A program made the position numbers and the translations under genes. From Chiloscyllium plagiosum (taxonomy: Eukaryota): a stretch of 38,272 bases of DNA. The DNA lies in assembly GCF_004010195.1 (NCBI RefSeq), contig NW_025215076.1, positions 24,076-62,347 on the forward strand, written 5' to 3'. Positions 22,355 through 35,070 of the stretch are shown here, piece by piece. The notes under the pieces are model-generated. The model ran no database searches, was not told where the DNA came from, and saw only the letters and a list, made by a program, of their open reading frames with translations. Position 1 is the first letter of the stretch; every line of letters starts with the position of its first letter.

Positions 22355-22675
22355 AAAATAAGTGTTTAAGGCCGCCAGCATTCTTAAAGATCCATCCCAC
22401 CCTCACAATGTTTGTCTACAACCTCTATCATCAGGGAGAAGGTACAGAAGCCTGAACACTTGCACCAGCCGGTTTCGTAACAGTTTCTACCGCATTGTTG
22501 TTAGAATATTGAATGGACTCACAAACTCTGAACATTCGCCTGTACCTGTGTTTTTGTTTTAGTTGCTGTTTACCTGTTATTTACTTATCTATGCTACTTA
22601 ACTCTGTGATCTGCCTGTATTGCTCGCAAGACACTGCCTCGGTATACGTGATAATAAATTCCATTCAATGAATCG
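22355..22675 (+). mobile_element. Rex1/Babar-type LINE 3' end
   Basis: ORF ASILKDPSHPH...LQPLSSGRRYRSL.T.TSRFRNSFY...RILN followed by a 3'UTR ending aataaattccattcaatgaat. Confidence 0.8.
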
Positions 22676-22894
22676 CAACAGAATAATTCCACTACAGTAC
22701 CATTGTCGAATTAAAGAGAGACAATTAGCGGTGGGTTTAACCTGACAGTCACTGCAGCTCAGGCAAGGGCAAGGTTGAACCTTCATGGTGACCTTAGCCA
22801 GTACAGGAATTGGAGACATGCTGTGGATGTCACTCAACATAAAGCAGGCACCCAGCTAACTAAGCTCACCAACCCCAATTTTAGTGCATGAGGC

Positions 22895-23600
22895 ACCTTC
22901 TCCCATGTCCTTAACCCAGCCCCCACACCCCAGGCCTTGTTATCACATGATCTGCTCTTACACACTACCCATTGTTAGCCACTAATAGTCCCCATCAGTA
23001 TACATCCATTTTCCCAGGCCAACCATTATCCATGTGTCTGTCCAACTGTTCTTCTCTCTCTTTTGGCTCTACCTCCATCTATCATTTACAACATACCACC
23101 TGCCCGTCGCCCCCACCCAAACCTTTTGCATTAAAAGGAAACAACTTGTGCCTAGCAACCATTAGTTCTGAAGAAGTGTCACTGGACGCTTTGTGGGCAA
23201 TATGGTGGCTCAGTGCTGAGCATCTCTGCCTCACAGTGCTAGGGGCCCAGGTTCAATTCCAGCATCAGGTGACTATGTGGAGTTTGCACATTCTCTCTGT
23301 GTCTGTGTAGGTTTCTTTTGAGTGCTCTGGCTTTGTCCTTCATCCAAATGTCCAAATATTTGCAGGTTAGGTCAAGTGACCATGCTAAATTGTCCATGGT
23401 GTCCAGGGATGTGTAGACTAAGTGATTAGCCATTAGAAATACGGAGTTAAAGGGGTGAGGTGGGATGCTCTTTGGAGGGTCAATATGGGCTGAATGGCCT
23501 GGTTCCATAGTGTATGAATTCTATGAAATGTTAACTCTGATTTCTCTCCACATTTGCTGCCAGACCTGCTGAGATTTACCAGCAATTTTTGTTTTGTTTT
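22895..23600 (+). mobile_element. Penelope-like 3' fragment with an HE1-type SINE (about 23195-23526) inserted inside its hammerhead motif
   Basis: Reads agttctgaagaagtgtcactggac | SINE | aatgttaactctgatttctctccaca..gctgccagacctgctgag. Confidence 0.65.
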
Positions 23601-24354
23601 GGAGGTACTAAGATGGATAAGGAAAGTGAAGGTTTGTAGCTCAGGTTGAGGTTTAGGGTGGAGGTTGAACCTACAGGTCAGCGAGCAAACCTACACCCTA
23701 TGGATAAGGAAAGATTGGATTAAAGAGATAGATTTTAAGGATTGTTTTAAAACAGGAAAGAGAGGTAGAAATGTTTATGAAGCACATCCCAGAGCTTAGG
23801 AGTTAAAACCATAGCTGCCAAAGGGGAAGTCTTCAAAATTGGGGATATGCAAGAGACCAGAACTGGAGATACATGAATATCTTGGAGCACTGAGTAGTTT
23901 GGATGGTCCTGAGGCCATAGAGGGATTTGGCAATAAAGAGGATAAATTTCAAATTGGTCCAGGAGCCAAGCTCAGTCAGCAAGGTACGGATAGATCAATG
24001 GGATATGGTGCAAGCTAATTTAAGGGCAGAAGAGTTGTCCATGAGTTGAGGTTTATGAACTTTAGATGATTTCTGGCCAGCTTGATGTCTATCAGATTCA
24101 TCAATTTAGAGGTAACACAGACAAGTTTCTGTGCATACCACCTTCGGAGGGCAACCAAGAATGGGCAAAAGAAACACCAGCAATCACACCCCAAAATGTA
24201 TTTTAAAACCAGAACTAGAGATAAGTTTTTCCTTTACGCTTGGTGTTCTAAGGAGTTGGTTTCCTACTCATTGATGTTAACAATCAGTACCATTGTTAAC
24301 ACCAATGGGTCAAAAGTTGGGCAATGATGGAGGAATGGGCTCAGGGAGATTACC

Positions 24355-24479
24355 GATGAAGGGCTTTTGCCCAAAACATCAATTCTCCTGCTCCTCAGAT
24401 ACTGCCTGACCTGCTGTGCTTTTCCAGCATCACTCTAATCTTGATTCTAAACTCCAGCATCTGCAGTACCCACTTCCAC
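24355..24479 (+). mobile_element. Short pLTR-only insertion with 15-bp TSD
   Basis: TSD ctcagggagattacc at 24340-24354 and 24480-24494. The insert begins gatgaagggcttttgcccaaaac. Confidence 0.85.
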
Positions 24480-24661
24480 CTCAGGGAGATTACCATCAAG
24501 GCATGATGTCACATACACCCCTTACCAGTTTCATCAAGAACTTTAATATTAGCTGTAGAGAAACTTACTCTCCTCCCCGCCAATGAACCTGTTAGGCAAA
24601 GCTAAGCTTGAAAAGAATAATATCTATATCCTTTGCAATTCAAAGGGGACAATTAAGATTT

Positions 24662-26274
24662 GTCACCCGATATAATTGGAAAGATCATTTACTGTACAAT
24701 TTCTCCCCAGACAAAACATGTTTCCAATTATCAGACTTTCAGAAAGGGCAGATAATAATGATGGAAATTAAATGACCATTAGCTTGACATCTGTAGTCAA
24801 AAAATTATTAGAACGACGGTAAGGAACAGGAGAATCAAGAATTCCTGTCAATTGGAAAGTTAATGAGTCTGAACTAATGAAACTTCACTTAAGATATTAA
24901 ATATGTATACCTGTAACAACCCGACTGGATGAAAGGATTTGACAAGAATCAAAAGAGGAAATTCCTGCGAGTGGACTTGGAAACTATAATTTGGAGCCTG
25001 GGCTCAGCGACTTAACACGACACGGTGTTCAATTATTGGGGCTGATGTTTCTACTCTGACAGCTCAATTCTCTTGTGGTATTGGCCCCAGGTTAGCAACT
25101 GTACAAAACAGTTATTATGGAGCTCGATCATAAGTCATGGATGGCAGAGTGACAGAGGGTGATGAGTGGATGGTAAAAAAAAATTCTCCTTTGTGGGAGA
25201 TATTAGAACCTATGGATATAGGTTTAGATATAAGGGACCTCCTATTTACAATAGAGATGAGGAAGAATTATTTATCTTGGAGGGTCTTGAACCTTAGGAA
25301 CAGTGTGTTGGAGATTCAGATTTTAAGGCAAAAATAGATGGATTCTTTACGAACATGCAAGCAACTGATGAGATACTGGACTGGAAGGTTGTGATCCAAT
25401 CAGATCAGCCAAGATCTTCTCGAACAACAGAGTAGGCTCAAATTGCAGTTAGAGAAAGTGAGGAGTCACCCGACATAATTGGAATGATCATTTCCTGTAC
25501 AATTTCTCCCCAGACAAAACATGTTTCCAATTATCGGAATTTCAGAAAGGGCAGATAATAATGATGGAAATTAAATGACCATTAGCTTGACATCTGTAGT
25601 CAAAAGATTATTAGAACGACGGTAAGGAACAGGAGAATCAAGAATTCCTGTCAATTGGAAAGTTAATGAGTCTGAGCTAATGAAACTTCACTTAAGATAT
25701 TAAATATGCATATCTGTAACAACCTGACTGGGTGAAAGGACTTGACAAGAATCAAAAGAGGAAATTCCTACGAGTGGACTTGGAAACTATAATTTGGAGG
25801 CTGGGCTCAGCGACTGAACACGACACGGTGTTCAATTATTGGGGCTGATGTTTCTACTCTGACAGCTCAATTCTCTTGTGGTATTGGCCCCAGGTTAGCA
25901 ACTGTACAAAACAGTTATTATGGAGCTCGATCATAAATCATGGATGGCAGAGTGACAGAGGGTGATGAGTGGATGGTAAAAAAAAATTCTCCTTTGTGGG
26001 AGATATTAGAACCTATGGATATAGGTTTAGATATAAGGGACCTCCTATTTACAATAGAGATGAGGAAGAATTATTTATCTTGGAGGGTCTTGAACCTTAG
26101 GAACAGTGTGTTGGAGATTCAGATTTTAAGGCAAAAATAGATGGATTCTTTACGAACATGCAAGCAACTGATGAGATACTGGACTGGAAGGTTGTGTTGA
26201 GACCACAATCAGATCAGCCAAGATCTTCTCGAACAACAGAGTAGGCTCAAATTGCAGAATAGAGAAAGTGGGGA
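24662..26274. repeat. Tandem duplication with an 803-bp period (24662-25464 and 25465-26274)
   Basis: Near-identical copies; identical 66-aa ORFs at 25137 and 25940 are exactly 803 bp apart. Confidence 0.97.
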
Positions 26275-26478
26275 CTGAAGATGCTGGAGGTTAGACACAA
26301 GAGTGCGTTGCTGGAAAAGCATAGCAGATCAGGCAGCTTTGGAGGAGCAGGAGCGTCCAGGTTTCGGGCATAAACCCTTATCAGGTTCCTGATCACAGGC
26401 TTATACCCAAAACGTTGATCCTCCTGCTCCTCGGATGTTGCCTGACTTGCTGTGCTTTTCCAGCAACACACTCTCGAC
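26262..26478. mobile_element. Palindromic (head-to-head) pLTR element
   Basis: The arm gagtgcgttgctggaaaagcatagcagatcaggcagc... is mirrored by ...gttgcctgacttgctgtgcttttccagcaacacactc, with two degenerate hammerhead motifs at the centre. Confidence 0.8.
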
Positions 26479-27992
26479 ACAAAGGGCTGAATGTCATTAC
26501 AAATGTTCCTTTTTCTTATGGCTATATGAAAGCCTACATAAAAACAGGGTGAATTCCAGCTTTACTAAGTGATATAAGTGATGATTGGTTAACATAATCA
26601 AACAAAATAAACTAAGTTACATTTAAGGATGATGATCATGATTTCAAGTCCCACTGCAGGGGCATTTCTATTTATTGACTTAATTTTCTTTTCTTTCAAA
26701 TAACTTACACATGACCAACCCCGCCTTCCCTTAATGAAAAAGCTAAGTGAAGATTCAAGGCATACAATACATCCCACCAAGATTGAAACTACGAGGAGCA
26801 GTGTTCATATCAGCTGTGGCTTTCTGTACAGCCCTCCTGCTCTCAGAGGAAGGAAGAGTGGGTCCAAGTCCTGCTCCAGAGTCTAGCACACAGTATCTAG
26901 ATCTCAATACTAAACTGGTGTCATGCCACACTGTTGGACATTCAGCTGTCCAAATCAACCTTCAAATTAATCACCTACCTGCCCTTTCAAGTGAATATAA
27001 AAGATCTCACAGCACATTTTGGACAACAGTGGGAGAAAAGGCATTTTGTCAAAGTTTTACAACCTGTTGTCGTCGGGATTATTTGCAGGATTACCATTTC
27101 AAGGGGAAACCAACATTTAGACTGCATGAGAGGAGAGTGATAGTTGGTTAGTAATTGTTTGCCCTCTCAAAAAATATTAAAATCTTCAACAAAATGTGTT
27201 TTTGTTTTCAGCAATACTCAAGTTCAATACGACCTAATGGCTGTCAGGGAAAGAGAGTTCTCCCCAGTGTCATAGCTCTGGATGTCGGATCCTCTGTCAA
27301 TATTATTATAACAGACCATCTGGTGGTTTTAAAATCTTCTCTTACATTTAAATAATGATCACATTCCTGAAGTACCCATGTGGATTGTGCCATCTCGAGA
27401 CATTGATCATTCAGAGCATCAGATGGATAAAAACAATGAATTACAGCATTAAAAACATAATATGTTAAAAATTCTCTAACACAGTGACAGAACATACCTT
27501 TCAATAATCAAATAATGGCAGAATGTGATTTTCAACTGGCATAAAGAGTTCAATAATTTAATCTAACAGAACAGTGTGTTATTTGGAGTGGAGATGAAGT
27601 AATTAATATTTTGCAATATTCCATCCTGCCAGGTGCACACATTATTCTGTTGCCCTTCGGACAGCCTGTCCTCTCATTCAGCTGTGATCACAACCATCAA
27701 ACCTTCACACTGTGAGCTTTCAGATTATGAATCATTTTATCAACCTCTGCCTTTGACTTAATTTCTCCAGTAACTTCCTGGAATTACTAGCTTAATATCT
27801 TCTTCAATTTTCTTTATTTTATTGTCTTGCTCAAGGGTATTTTTTGAAAGTCTTTTTTTGTTCTTTCAGTCTGTTTCATCCACTCAAATGTATTCTTTAT
27901 TCCTGCAATAGCTCTACCTCTGTCTGGTCTTTTCTCCCCTTCTCTCCTGACAGGACTGATTAAACTATCTTGCATTGCAGTTCTATAGCTAA

Positions 27993-28170
27993 ATTTAGAT
28001 CAGAGTGGTGCTGAAAAAGCACAGCAGGTCAGGCAGCAGGAAAATGGACGTTTCGGACAGAAGCACTTCATCAGGAATATAGGCTGGAAGCCTCCAGGGT
28101 GGAGAGGCTTTTCCAGCACCACTCTGATCTAAACTCTGGTTTCCAGCATCTGCAGTCCTCACTTTTGCCT
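27993..28170. mobile_element. Palindromic pLTR element
   Basis: Inverted arms tttagatcagagtggtgctgaaaaagc and gcttttccagcaccactctgatctaaa. The minus strand carries ctgatga..gaaacgtc. Confidence 0.8.
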
Positions 28171-28246
28171 AGTTCTACAGATAACACAATTGTTCTAGTA
28201 CCTCATTCAAAGTGTGACAATAGTTGGGGAGGGGGGAAGATTACCA

Positions 28247-28538
28247 GTGGCACGGTGGCTCAGTGGTTAGCACTGCTGTCTCACAGCACCTGGCTCCCAG
28301 GTTTGATTCCAGCCTTGGGTGACTGTCTGTGTGGAGTTTGCACATTCTCCCTGTCTCTGTATGGGTTTCCTTCTACAGTCACAAAGATGTGCAGGTTAGG
28401 GTGAATTGGCTGTGCTAAATTGCCCATAGTGTGAGGTGCATTAAACAGAGGGAAAAAGGTCTGGTGGGCTACTCTTCAGAGGGTCAGTGTGGACTTGCTG
28501 GGTTGAAGGGCCTGTTTCCACACTGGAGGGAATCTAAT
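28247..28538 (+). mobile_element. HE1-type V-SINE
   Basis: A box TGGCTCAGTGG, V-domain and gaagggcctgtttccacact tail. Confidence 0.9.
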
Positions 28539-28591
28539 TTATCACATGTAAACATTTTCCTACAGGAGTATTGCTTTTGATTCTGGGACCA

Positions 28592-28677
28592 CACTGCAGC
28601 AAGGATAGTCCTGCAGTGGGGTGAATGCAAATTCCACTGCAGCAAGGATAGTCCTGCAGTGGGGTGAATGCAAATTC
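28592..28677. repeat. Perfect 43-bp tandem duplication within a decayed CR1
   Basis: cactgcagcaaggatagtcctgcagtggggtgaatgcaaattc occurs twice (28592-28634 and 28635-28677). Confidence 0.97.
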
Positions 28678-31108
28678 ATCAGAAAAGTACTGAGGACATT
28701 GAGGGTTAATTTGTGAGGACAGGCACACAGGGCAGAATTGTATTACCTTGACTGCAGAAGATGAAAGGGTAACTTTATTGAAGTGTTTAATCTATTTAAA
28801 GAAAATAGGTGGGTTTCAAGATAAACTGTTTTCTTTCATGGTGGAAAGGGAATGCAATGATAAAATTAAATCGAGATCATTCAGAGGTGGTCACTGAAAG
28901 CTCTCCTTCCTTCACAAATGAAAAGAAATGCAAATCTGGAATTCACTTCCTCAGAAAGCTGTGTCTGATTGTCAATTGAGAATTCCAAAACAAAGAATGA
29001 CAAAATTTTGTTCGGCTGAGGTCGCACGGGACAATGGATAAAGGCAAGTCGACACAGTTCGAATACAGATCAATCGAGTTCTGACTGAATGGGACAACAG
29101 GCTGGAGGGAAAGAATGACCTCCCTCTGTTTTGATGTTCCTATCTCTCAAGTGCAGAAGCAATTTACTCGAACTGGTTTCAGGAGAGAGAAACTTCAGCT
29201 ATGAAGATAAATTGAAAATGTTGGGAGTGTTCTCTCCGGACAGAACAGGGCTGAAAGAAGATCTGATGGAGGCAGCTGGACAGAATAGAAAGGCTGCAAC
29301 TGTTTCTGCTTGATAAAGAAACAAGAGTAAGAGGAAAGGAGTGTCAATCGAATTGAAACGTTAACTCTGAATTCCCCCCACAGATGCTGTCAGACCTGCT
29401 GAGCTTTTCCAGCAATTTCTGATTTACAGTATCTGCAGTACTTCCCAGTTTTTATTTCAGAATGACAGGGCAAAGATTTAAGGTAGTGTTCAAACCAAGC
29501 ATGGGGGACGTCAGATTAAAAAAAACATTTGCACGCAGTGGTTGTTCAGGTTTGGATTTCACTGCCTGGAAATGTGGTAGAGATAGGTTCAATTCAGGAA
29601 GGCCTGAATTCAGTTTCCTGGATAGAAGTGATGTGCAGGGATACGGAGAAAAGGCAGGAGATTAGCCCCAGATAATAGAGCTGTTATAGACACGATGGAC
29701 TGAATGGTCTTCTCCTGCACTGAAATAATTCTGTCATTCTGAAACTTCCCTTGATGCAGTGACATGATCTTCTCCAGTGCTTGGGGTCAACTTTCACAGA
29801 GAAAAACATTTGAAGATCTCTGATTTAGGGGAATGGAATGTGGAAGCAAAATTGTCTTTATTACTTGCCATCACCACCAGGTTAACTGGTTATTTACAAT
29901 TTGTTTCCTTAATGGGATCAATTGCAGCAATGCCGAATGTAAGTACAAGATCTGCCTGAATCCTGCAGCATTTCCCTAAAAGGGCACCAAGTCATTAAAC
30001 ATCAGTGCAGACACGATTTTCTTGTTCATATGTGTCACAACTATTAATTGTTATGCAGCATTAATTTGTTAATTAAAATGACGAATGCTCTATTTGAAAA
30101 GGTGTGCCATCTTACAGTTGTATTCACATGGGAAAAAGCAAATCAAACAAACACATCAATCTTCTTGCAAGGGTAGGAATGGGCTCTGAAAAATCTAATT
30201 GATTGTGTGGTACATCAAAGTAAAACTAAAGCTGGAATACAACAAGGTCTGTGGAATACCAGCCAGCTGTCTCTGGGATGGGCACATTGCTGCTACTTTG
30301 ATCGCTACTGCATTGGTGAGTTCAAGATAAGTGATGTGCAGATGAAGCAAGGATAATGTGAGAGAGAAACCATTTTCTCAGAGCAGGTAGTGAGGGTATG
30401 GAATGGACTGTCTGGAAATGTGATGTAGGCTGTTTTAACTGAGGTATTCAAGAGCGCATTGCATAGTTATTTGGACTGAGATATTGTGCAGGGATGTGTG
30501 GAAAATGCAAGAGACTCACATGAGATGATAAGGATGTTGCAGATGTAATAATTCAGTGCGTCTGTGATATTGCTCCTTCCTTTAGTATTGATGGGTCAAT
30601 ATTATGAGATTCCATTCCCCCTTCCCCCATCTCTCACCTCTTCCTCTTGCCTCCTCCAACTACAACAAACACTGAGGGTACCTTTAATTCATGACTGCAG
30701 CAGTTCAAGACCACGGTTCAAGAGGAGGTGATGATCCAGTGGTATTATCCCTAGACTATCAATCCAGAGACCCTGGTAATGATCAGTGAACCCAAAATTG
30801 AATTCTGCCAAGGCAGATGATGGAATTTGAATTCAATAAGTAGGGGGAATTCAGATCCACAAAACCATTATGAATTGTCACTCTTGTCCTTTAGTGAAGG
30901 AAACTGCCATCCTAACTTCATCTGATCTACATGTGACTCCAGGCCTGTAGCAATGTGGTTGATATTTCTGGGCAGTTAGGGATAGGCAACAAATGCTGGT
31001 CTGGCCAGTGATGCCCACATCCTGTAAAAGAATAAACAACAACACCTTTTCAAGGGTAATTAGGAATTAGCCAAGCATGCTGGCTAATTCCTAATTGATC
31101 AGTTCAGG

Positions 31109-31198
31109 ACAGTTCTGACAAAGAGTCACTGGACTCGAAACGTTAACTCTGTTTCTCTCTCTACAGATGCTACTGGACCTGCTGAGTTTCTCCAGCAT
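31109..31198 (+). mobile_element. Short pLTR fragment with a hammerhead-like motif (31111-31148)
   Basis: Reads AGUU-CUGACAA-A-GAGUC-ACUG-GACUC-GAAAC-GUU-AACU: perfect stems I and II, with one core G>A change. Confidence 0.75.
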
Positions 31199-31739
31199 GT
31201 TTGAGGAACACATTAACTTCTTTTTCACTAAGATTTTGACCATTTGATGAGCTGCTTCTGCTGCTCCCCTCCCTTCCATCTGTCCACAGAACCAAACCTC
31301 CAATCAAACTTCTTGCCACCTTACCTCCATACATGCATCATTCTGTACTTCTGTCCTGTCTCCCATGGTGACACTCCTGGCTCATCTCACCCATGACACT
31401 TACCTCTATCCAATTCCCACATAACCACTGATCAGCCATTTCCTTCTTGGTTCCTGTCTTGGCAAATATCTCCACCATTCTCTATTCAGTTATTGTTCCC
31501 TTTCTTCTTCAAATCTGCTATAATTACACCTGCCTTCAAGAAAAAAAAACACTTCATTACACCCTCCTTGCAAATTAGCACCCTGTCTCCAAAATCTTTT
31601 CTCTCCAAAGTCTTGGCACCTCCTGAATCCACCTTTCAGGCATATCTACTTCAACATGACACGATGTATTAGGCACAATCTGAAGCAGCAACACTAGGAA
31701 TAAGATGCACTGTATGTAACTCCGAGGGAACATTATCTG

Positions 31740-31841
31740 CACTGAAGAAGGGTCACTCGACCCAAGACGTTAACTCTGATTTTTCTCCACAGATGCTGCC
31801 AGACCTGCTGAGCTTTTCCGGCAAGTTCTGTTTTTGTTTCA
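31740..31841 (+). mobile_element. Short pLTR-only insertion with 11-bp TSD
   Basis: TSD aacattatctg at 31729-31739 and 31842-31852. The insert begins ca-ctgaaga-a-gggtc-actc-gaccc. Confidence 0.85.
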
Positions 31842-32497
31842 AACATTATCTGTAAATAGACTTGCCTTCAAATAACACACCCACATCAATGTTTCACCAA
31901 TCCTGATGTCTGATTGATATATTCAGGTATGAGAATTATATAGCATGATGTCCCTGTGTGGAGACTGAAGACTTCCAATTCTTAGTTACAACACCCATAG
32001 CATGCTGGCAGTATGATTTTGAAGATTTGACAAAGCAGAATATAAGTCTCAACCCTTTCCACATCAGGAGAAAGAAAGAACTGGTGTGACAGTATAACAA
32101 GCATTAAGCTTCACCATGTGAAAGGATTCTGCAACTTTGTATGGATTCCATACATCACACTCATATTCTGGGATTGCACTGTGCTCCATCCAGTTGGCAT
32201 TAGCTCCAGGAAGATGCCAAAACTTGACACGCAAAGTAAGTAGAAAATGGTCCAAGGTGCAACATAAACAAGACACCCCGAACAAGCATTCTGCAACCTT
32301 ATGGTTATCTCCAGTAAAGATCACCCAAGCTAATGCTGGACAGAGAAGCAAAACTGCTGGCACCTTTCCGAGAGGGGCAAGTTTATTCTTATATCTTTAA
32401 ACACTTTCAGAAACAATACTGTTCTTTCTTCAGAAAGAAATGACTAGTGGCATGGTCTGTTTAACTGGGAGATCACCATACCTCAGGTGAGAGGCGA

Positions 32498-32853
32498 TAT
32501 ATCTTTAACCTCCTTTTACTCCAATGTGAGGTCCCCACCTGCTTCAAGAAAACCACTATCATCTCGGTGCCAAAGAAAAATCAGGCAGAGTACCTTAATG
32601 ACTACCACACAGTGGCTCTGGCCACCATAGTTATGAAGTGCTCCAAGAAGTTAGAAATGGCACACCATCTACTCCTTGATCCACTACAATTCACCAACCA
32701 TAACAATACGTCCATAACAGACACCATCTCCCTGGCCCTACATTCATCCCTGGAACATCTGGATAACAAGGACACCTCCGTCAGACTCCTATTTATTGAG
32801 TTGGTACATATGCCAATAATAAATTAAATCAAATCAAATCAAAATCAAATCAA
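32498..32853 (+). mobile_element. Internally deleted Rex1/Babar-type LINE
   Basis: RT N-terminal motifs VPTCFKKTTIISVPKK...LNDYHTVALATIVMKC...LDPLQF...SLALHSSLEHLDNKDTSVRLLFI are fused directly to an aataataaa(tcaaa)n tail. Confidence 0.85.
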
Positions 32854-33329
32854 AACAACAGGGTTGAGAAGATGGGACCTTCATGATGTGCTCAGCAAAA
32901 ATAGGAATTGACCTGTTGGTGTCTGTCTATATAGCAAACTAGCCATGTAAGTCAACCAACATCCCCACCCCCACCCCAATAAGCATGGGACAGTGGCTAA
33001 AGTAAACTTCTGCCCTTGTCCTTTACCATCTATCTGGGGCTATGTTTCCTCTAAGTTCTCCAGCCATTGGTCAGACCACCGAGTTCCGAGCATGGTAGCA
33101 ACTGGAGAAATTGTAAGTGCATGTGCCATCGTGTCAATCATCTTGCAGAGTCCTCAAGGCAACAACACGACCATATTTCAGTTTGCTCCAATGTTATTGC
33201 GCAAATCATACAAAATAAATCATCATCAATAACTAGTCAGCCATATGCATATTGTTAATTCTTAGCCCTATCCAAATTCTTGTGTACGCAAAGGTCTTCA
33301 GCATCTGAATGCATGGAGCTAGTTCTCTT

Positions 33330-35070
33330 ATGTACATTAACCACATCCATGTCTACCTCACCACCACCCCTCTCCACTTCTCTTTTGCTAGATTATCACA
33401 CGACTCAGCTGAAACCCAGTACTGGATCAACAGAGATCTCTTCATTCCTCAGTATAAATTCCATTCTAAAGCTATTGGCTTCCTGCCTCTCCTTTCAAAC
33501 TATCTGAGGATGAACAAGTCTGTTTGTAATCAAGGTGTAATATTTGATTCAAAGGTGAGCTGCCGCCAACCTATCCATCCCACATCTAAGATTATCTACT
33601 CCCACCTCATTAACTAGTCTCACTTTTTTCATGCTTCAGGTCATCTGCTGCTGAAACCCTATTCCAGGTCTTTGTTACCTGTAGACCAGTGTAATCCTAA
33701 CTTGAGGCTGTGAAAAACTCTGCTGCTCATGTCTTTATATTGCAGCCTCCTGGCTGCTAGAACACAGGTAGCTTGCTAACTTGGTCAAACTGCAAGGGAT
33801 GTTGGGTACATTGGTCAAGTAAAACATTGTCACAAAACCCACACACCAGGCACAGTGCAAACACAGCAGCAAGGTGCTAATGACGGGCTTTTGTCAGAAA
33901 TGTCGATTTTCCTGCTTCTTGGTTGCTGCCTGACCTGCTGTGCTTTTCCAGCATCACACTCTTGACTCTAATCTCCAGCATCTGCAGTATGCAGCTTTGC
34001 CCTGCTAATGACATTAGCGTAATGTAAAAGGCAACAGTTACCCTGGACAGACATGGCCCAACAGCTTATCCACCAAACAAAGGAGAACCTAAACAGAAAG
34101 GCACTGGGTCCTGTTCACAAAGAAACAAACAACATGTCATCCAAATGATTGACAGTATTTTAAACTATTAAGCTTATCCTTCTGATTGGTTAGAACTGTA
34201 GAAAGTTCCAGAAAACATGTATTACAAAAAGTGTTTACTTGAGACCAATCTCTATTGAATCTCTGGGGGCCTTCTGAGAAGACCAGCATGGCAAGAGGCA
34301 GAGACCAACTGACCATCCAGAGAGAGAAAAAGAGCGAGGAAAAGAGAAAGCAGCTTTGCAGAGCTAGAGATATCCAGAGAGAGAGCAACTGCGTAAATCA
34401 ACAAGAGATTCGAGAAGTATTGTAAGCTTAAGGGGCAATATCGGATGAAACATAGCATGTTTGGTATTAAATGTTAATGTAACATTTCTCCCAATAAAGT
34501 TGGGACTGTTTTGCATTGGTACCAGCTTGTGATTGTAATGATTTGACGGCTTCAGTATTGTGGGACACCTGGGCAAATTTGTTCATAACATTCTGGTTGA
34601 AGTTGTCTAACTTGTTTAAGGAGGATTATTCTCACCAGGTTCCATGATCCCATCACACATCTGTGTCTGCTGACATCTATCAATTTCCAGTCAAGCAATG
34701 GTTTTGATTCTAAATTCTCATTCTCATCTTCAAATCCCTCCATGGTCTAACCTCTCCTGACCTCTGTAAACCCCTCAGCTCTACAATTCTCCAAGATATC
34801 TGGACGCCCTTTGACTTTTGAGTGTCCCTAATGTTTTTGCTCTATAACGGAAGCGTGCCATTGGCTAATTGAACCCTCGGTCTGGAATTCCTTCCTCTTA
34901 CCTCTCTGACTCCAAATCTTGCTTGTCTCCTTCAAGATGCTCCTTAAAATCTCCCTCTTTGACCAAACATTTGGTTGTCTTTTCTGATATCTCACCAGGT
35001 GGCTTAGTGTCACATCTTGCAAAGCAGCCCAGAATGTTCCAACATGTTATATAAATCAAAGTTATTGTTG
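33330..35070 (+). mobile_element. Decayed L2-type LINE 3' region split by an LTR-like insert (about 33740-34590), which itself contains a pLTR insertion (33885-34002)
   Basis: L2-like pieces gctgctgaaaccctattcc.., ttctaaattctcattctcatcttcaaatccctccatgg and ctccttaaaatctccctctttgaccaa. The insert has AATAAA and ends in TAACA. Inner TSD tgctaatgac at 33875-33884 and 34003-34012. Confidence 0.55.

Noticed and set aside
25137..26140. Two identical 66-aa ORFs
   Set aside because: They are a by-product of the 803-bp duplication of a decayed CR1 3' fragment, not a gene pair.
27155..27355. Acceptor-like site at 27211 and an ORF containing GKR, as an alternative terminal exon
   Set aside because: The sequence from about 27240 resembles a decayed Deu-domain SINE (gagttctccccagtgtc...aacagaccatctggt), and there is no peptide homology.
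32064..32400. Overlapping ORFs of 61-99 aa, one with a hydrophobic start
   Set aside because: There is no recognisable domain or coherent splice structure, consistent with chance ORFs.
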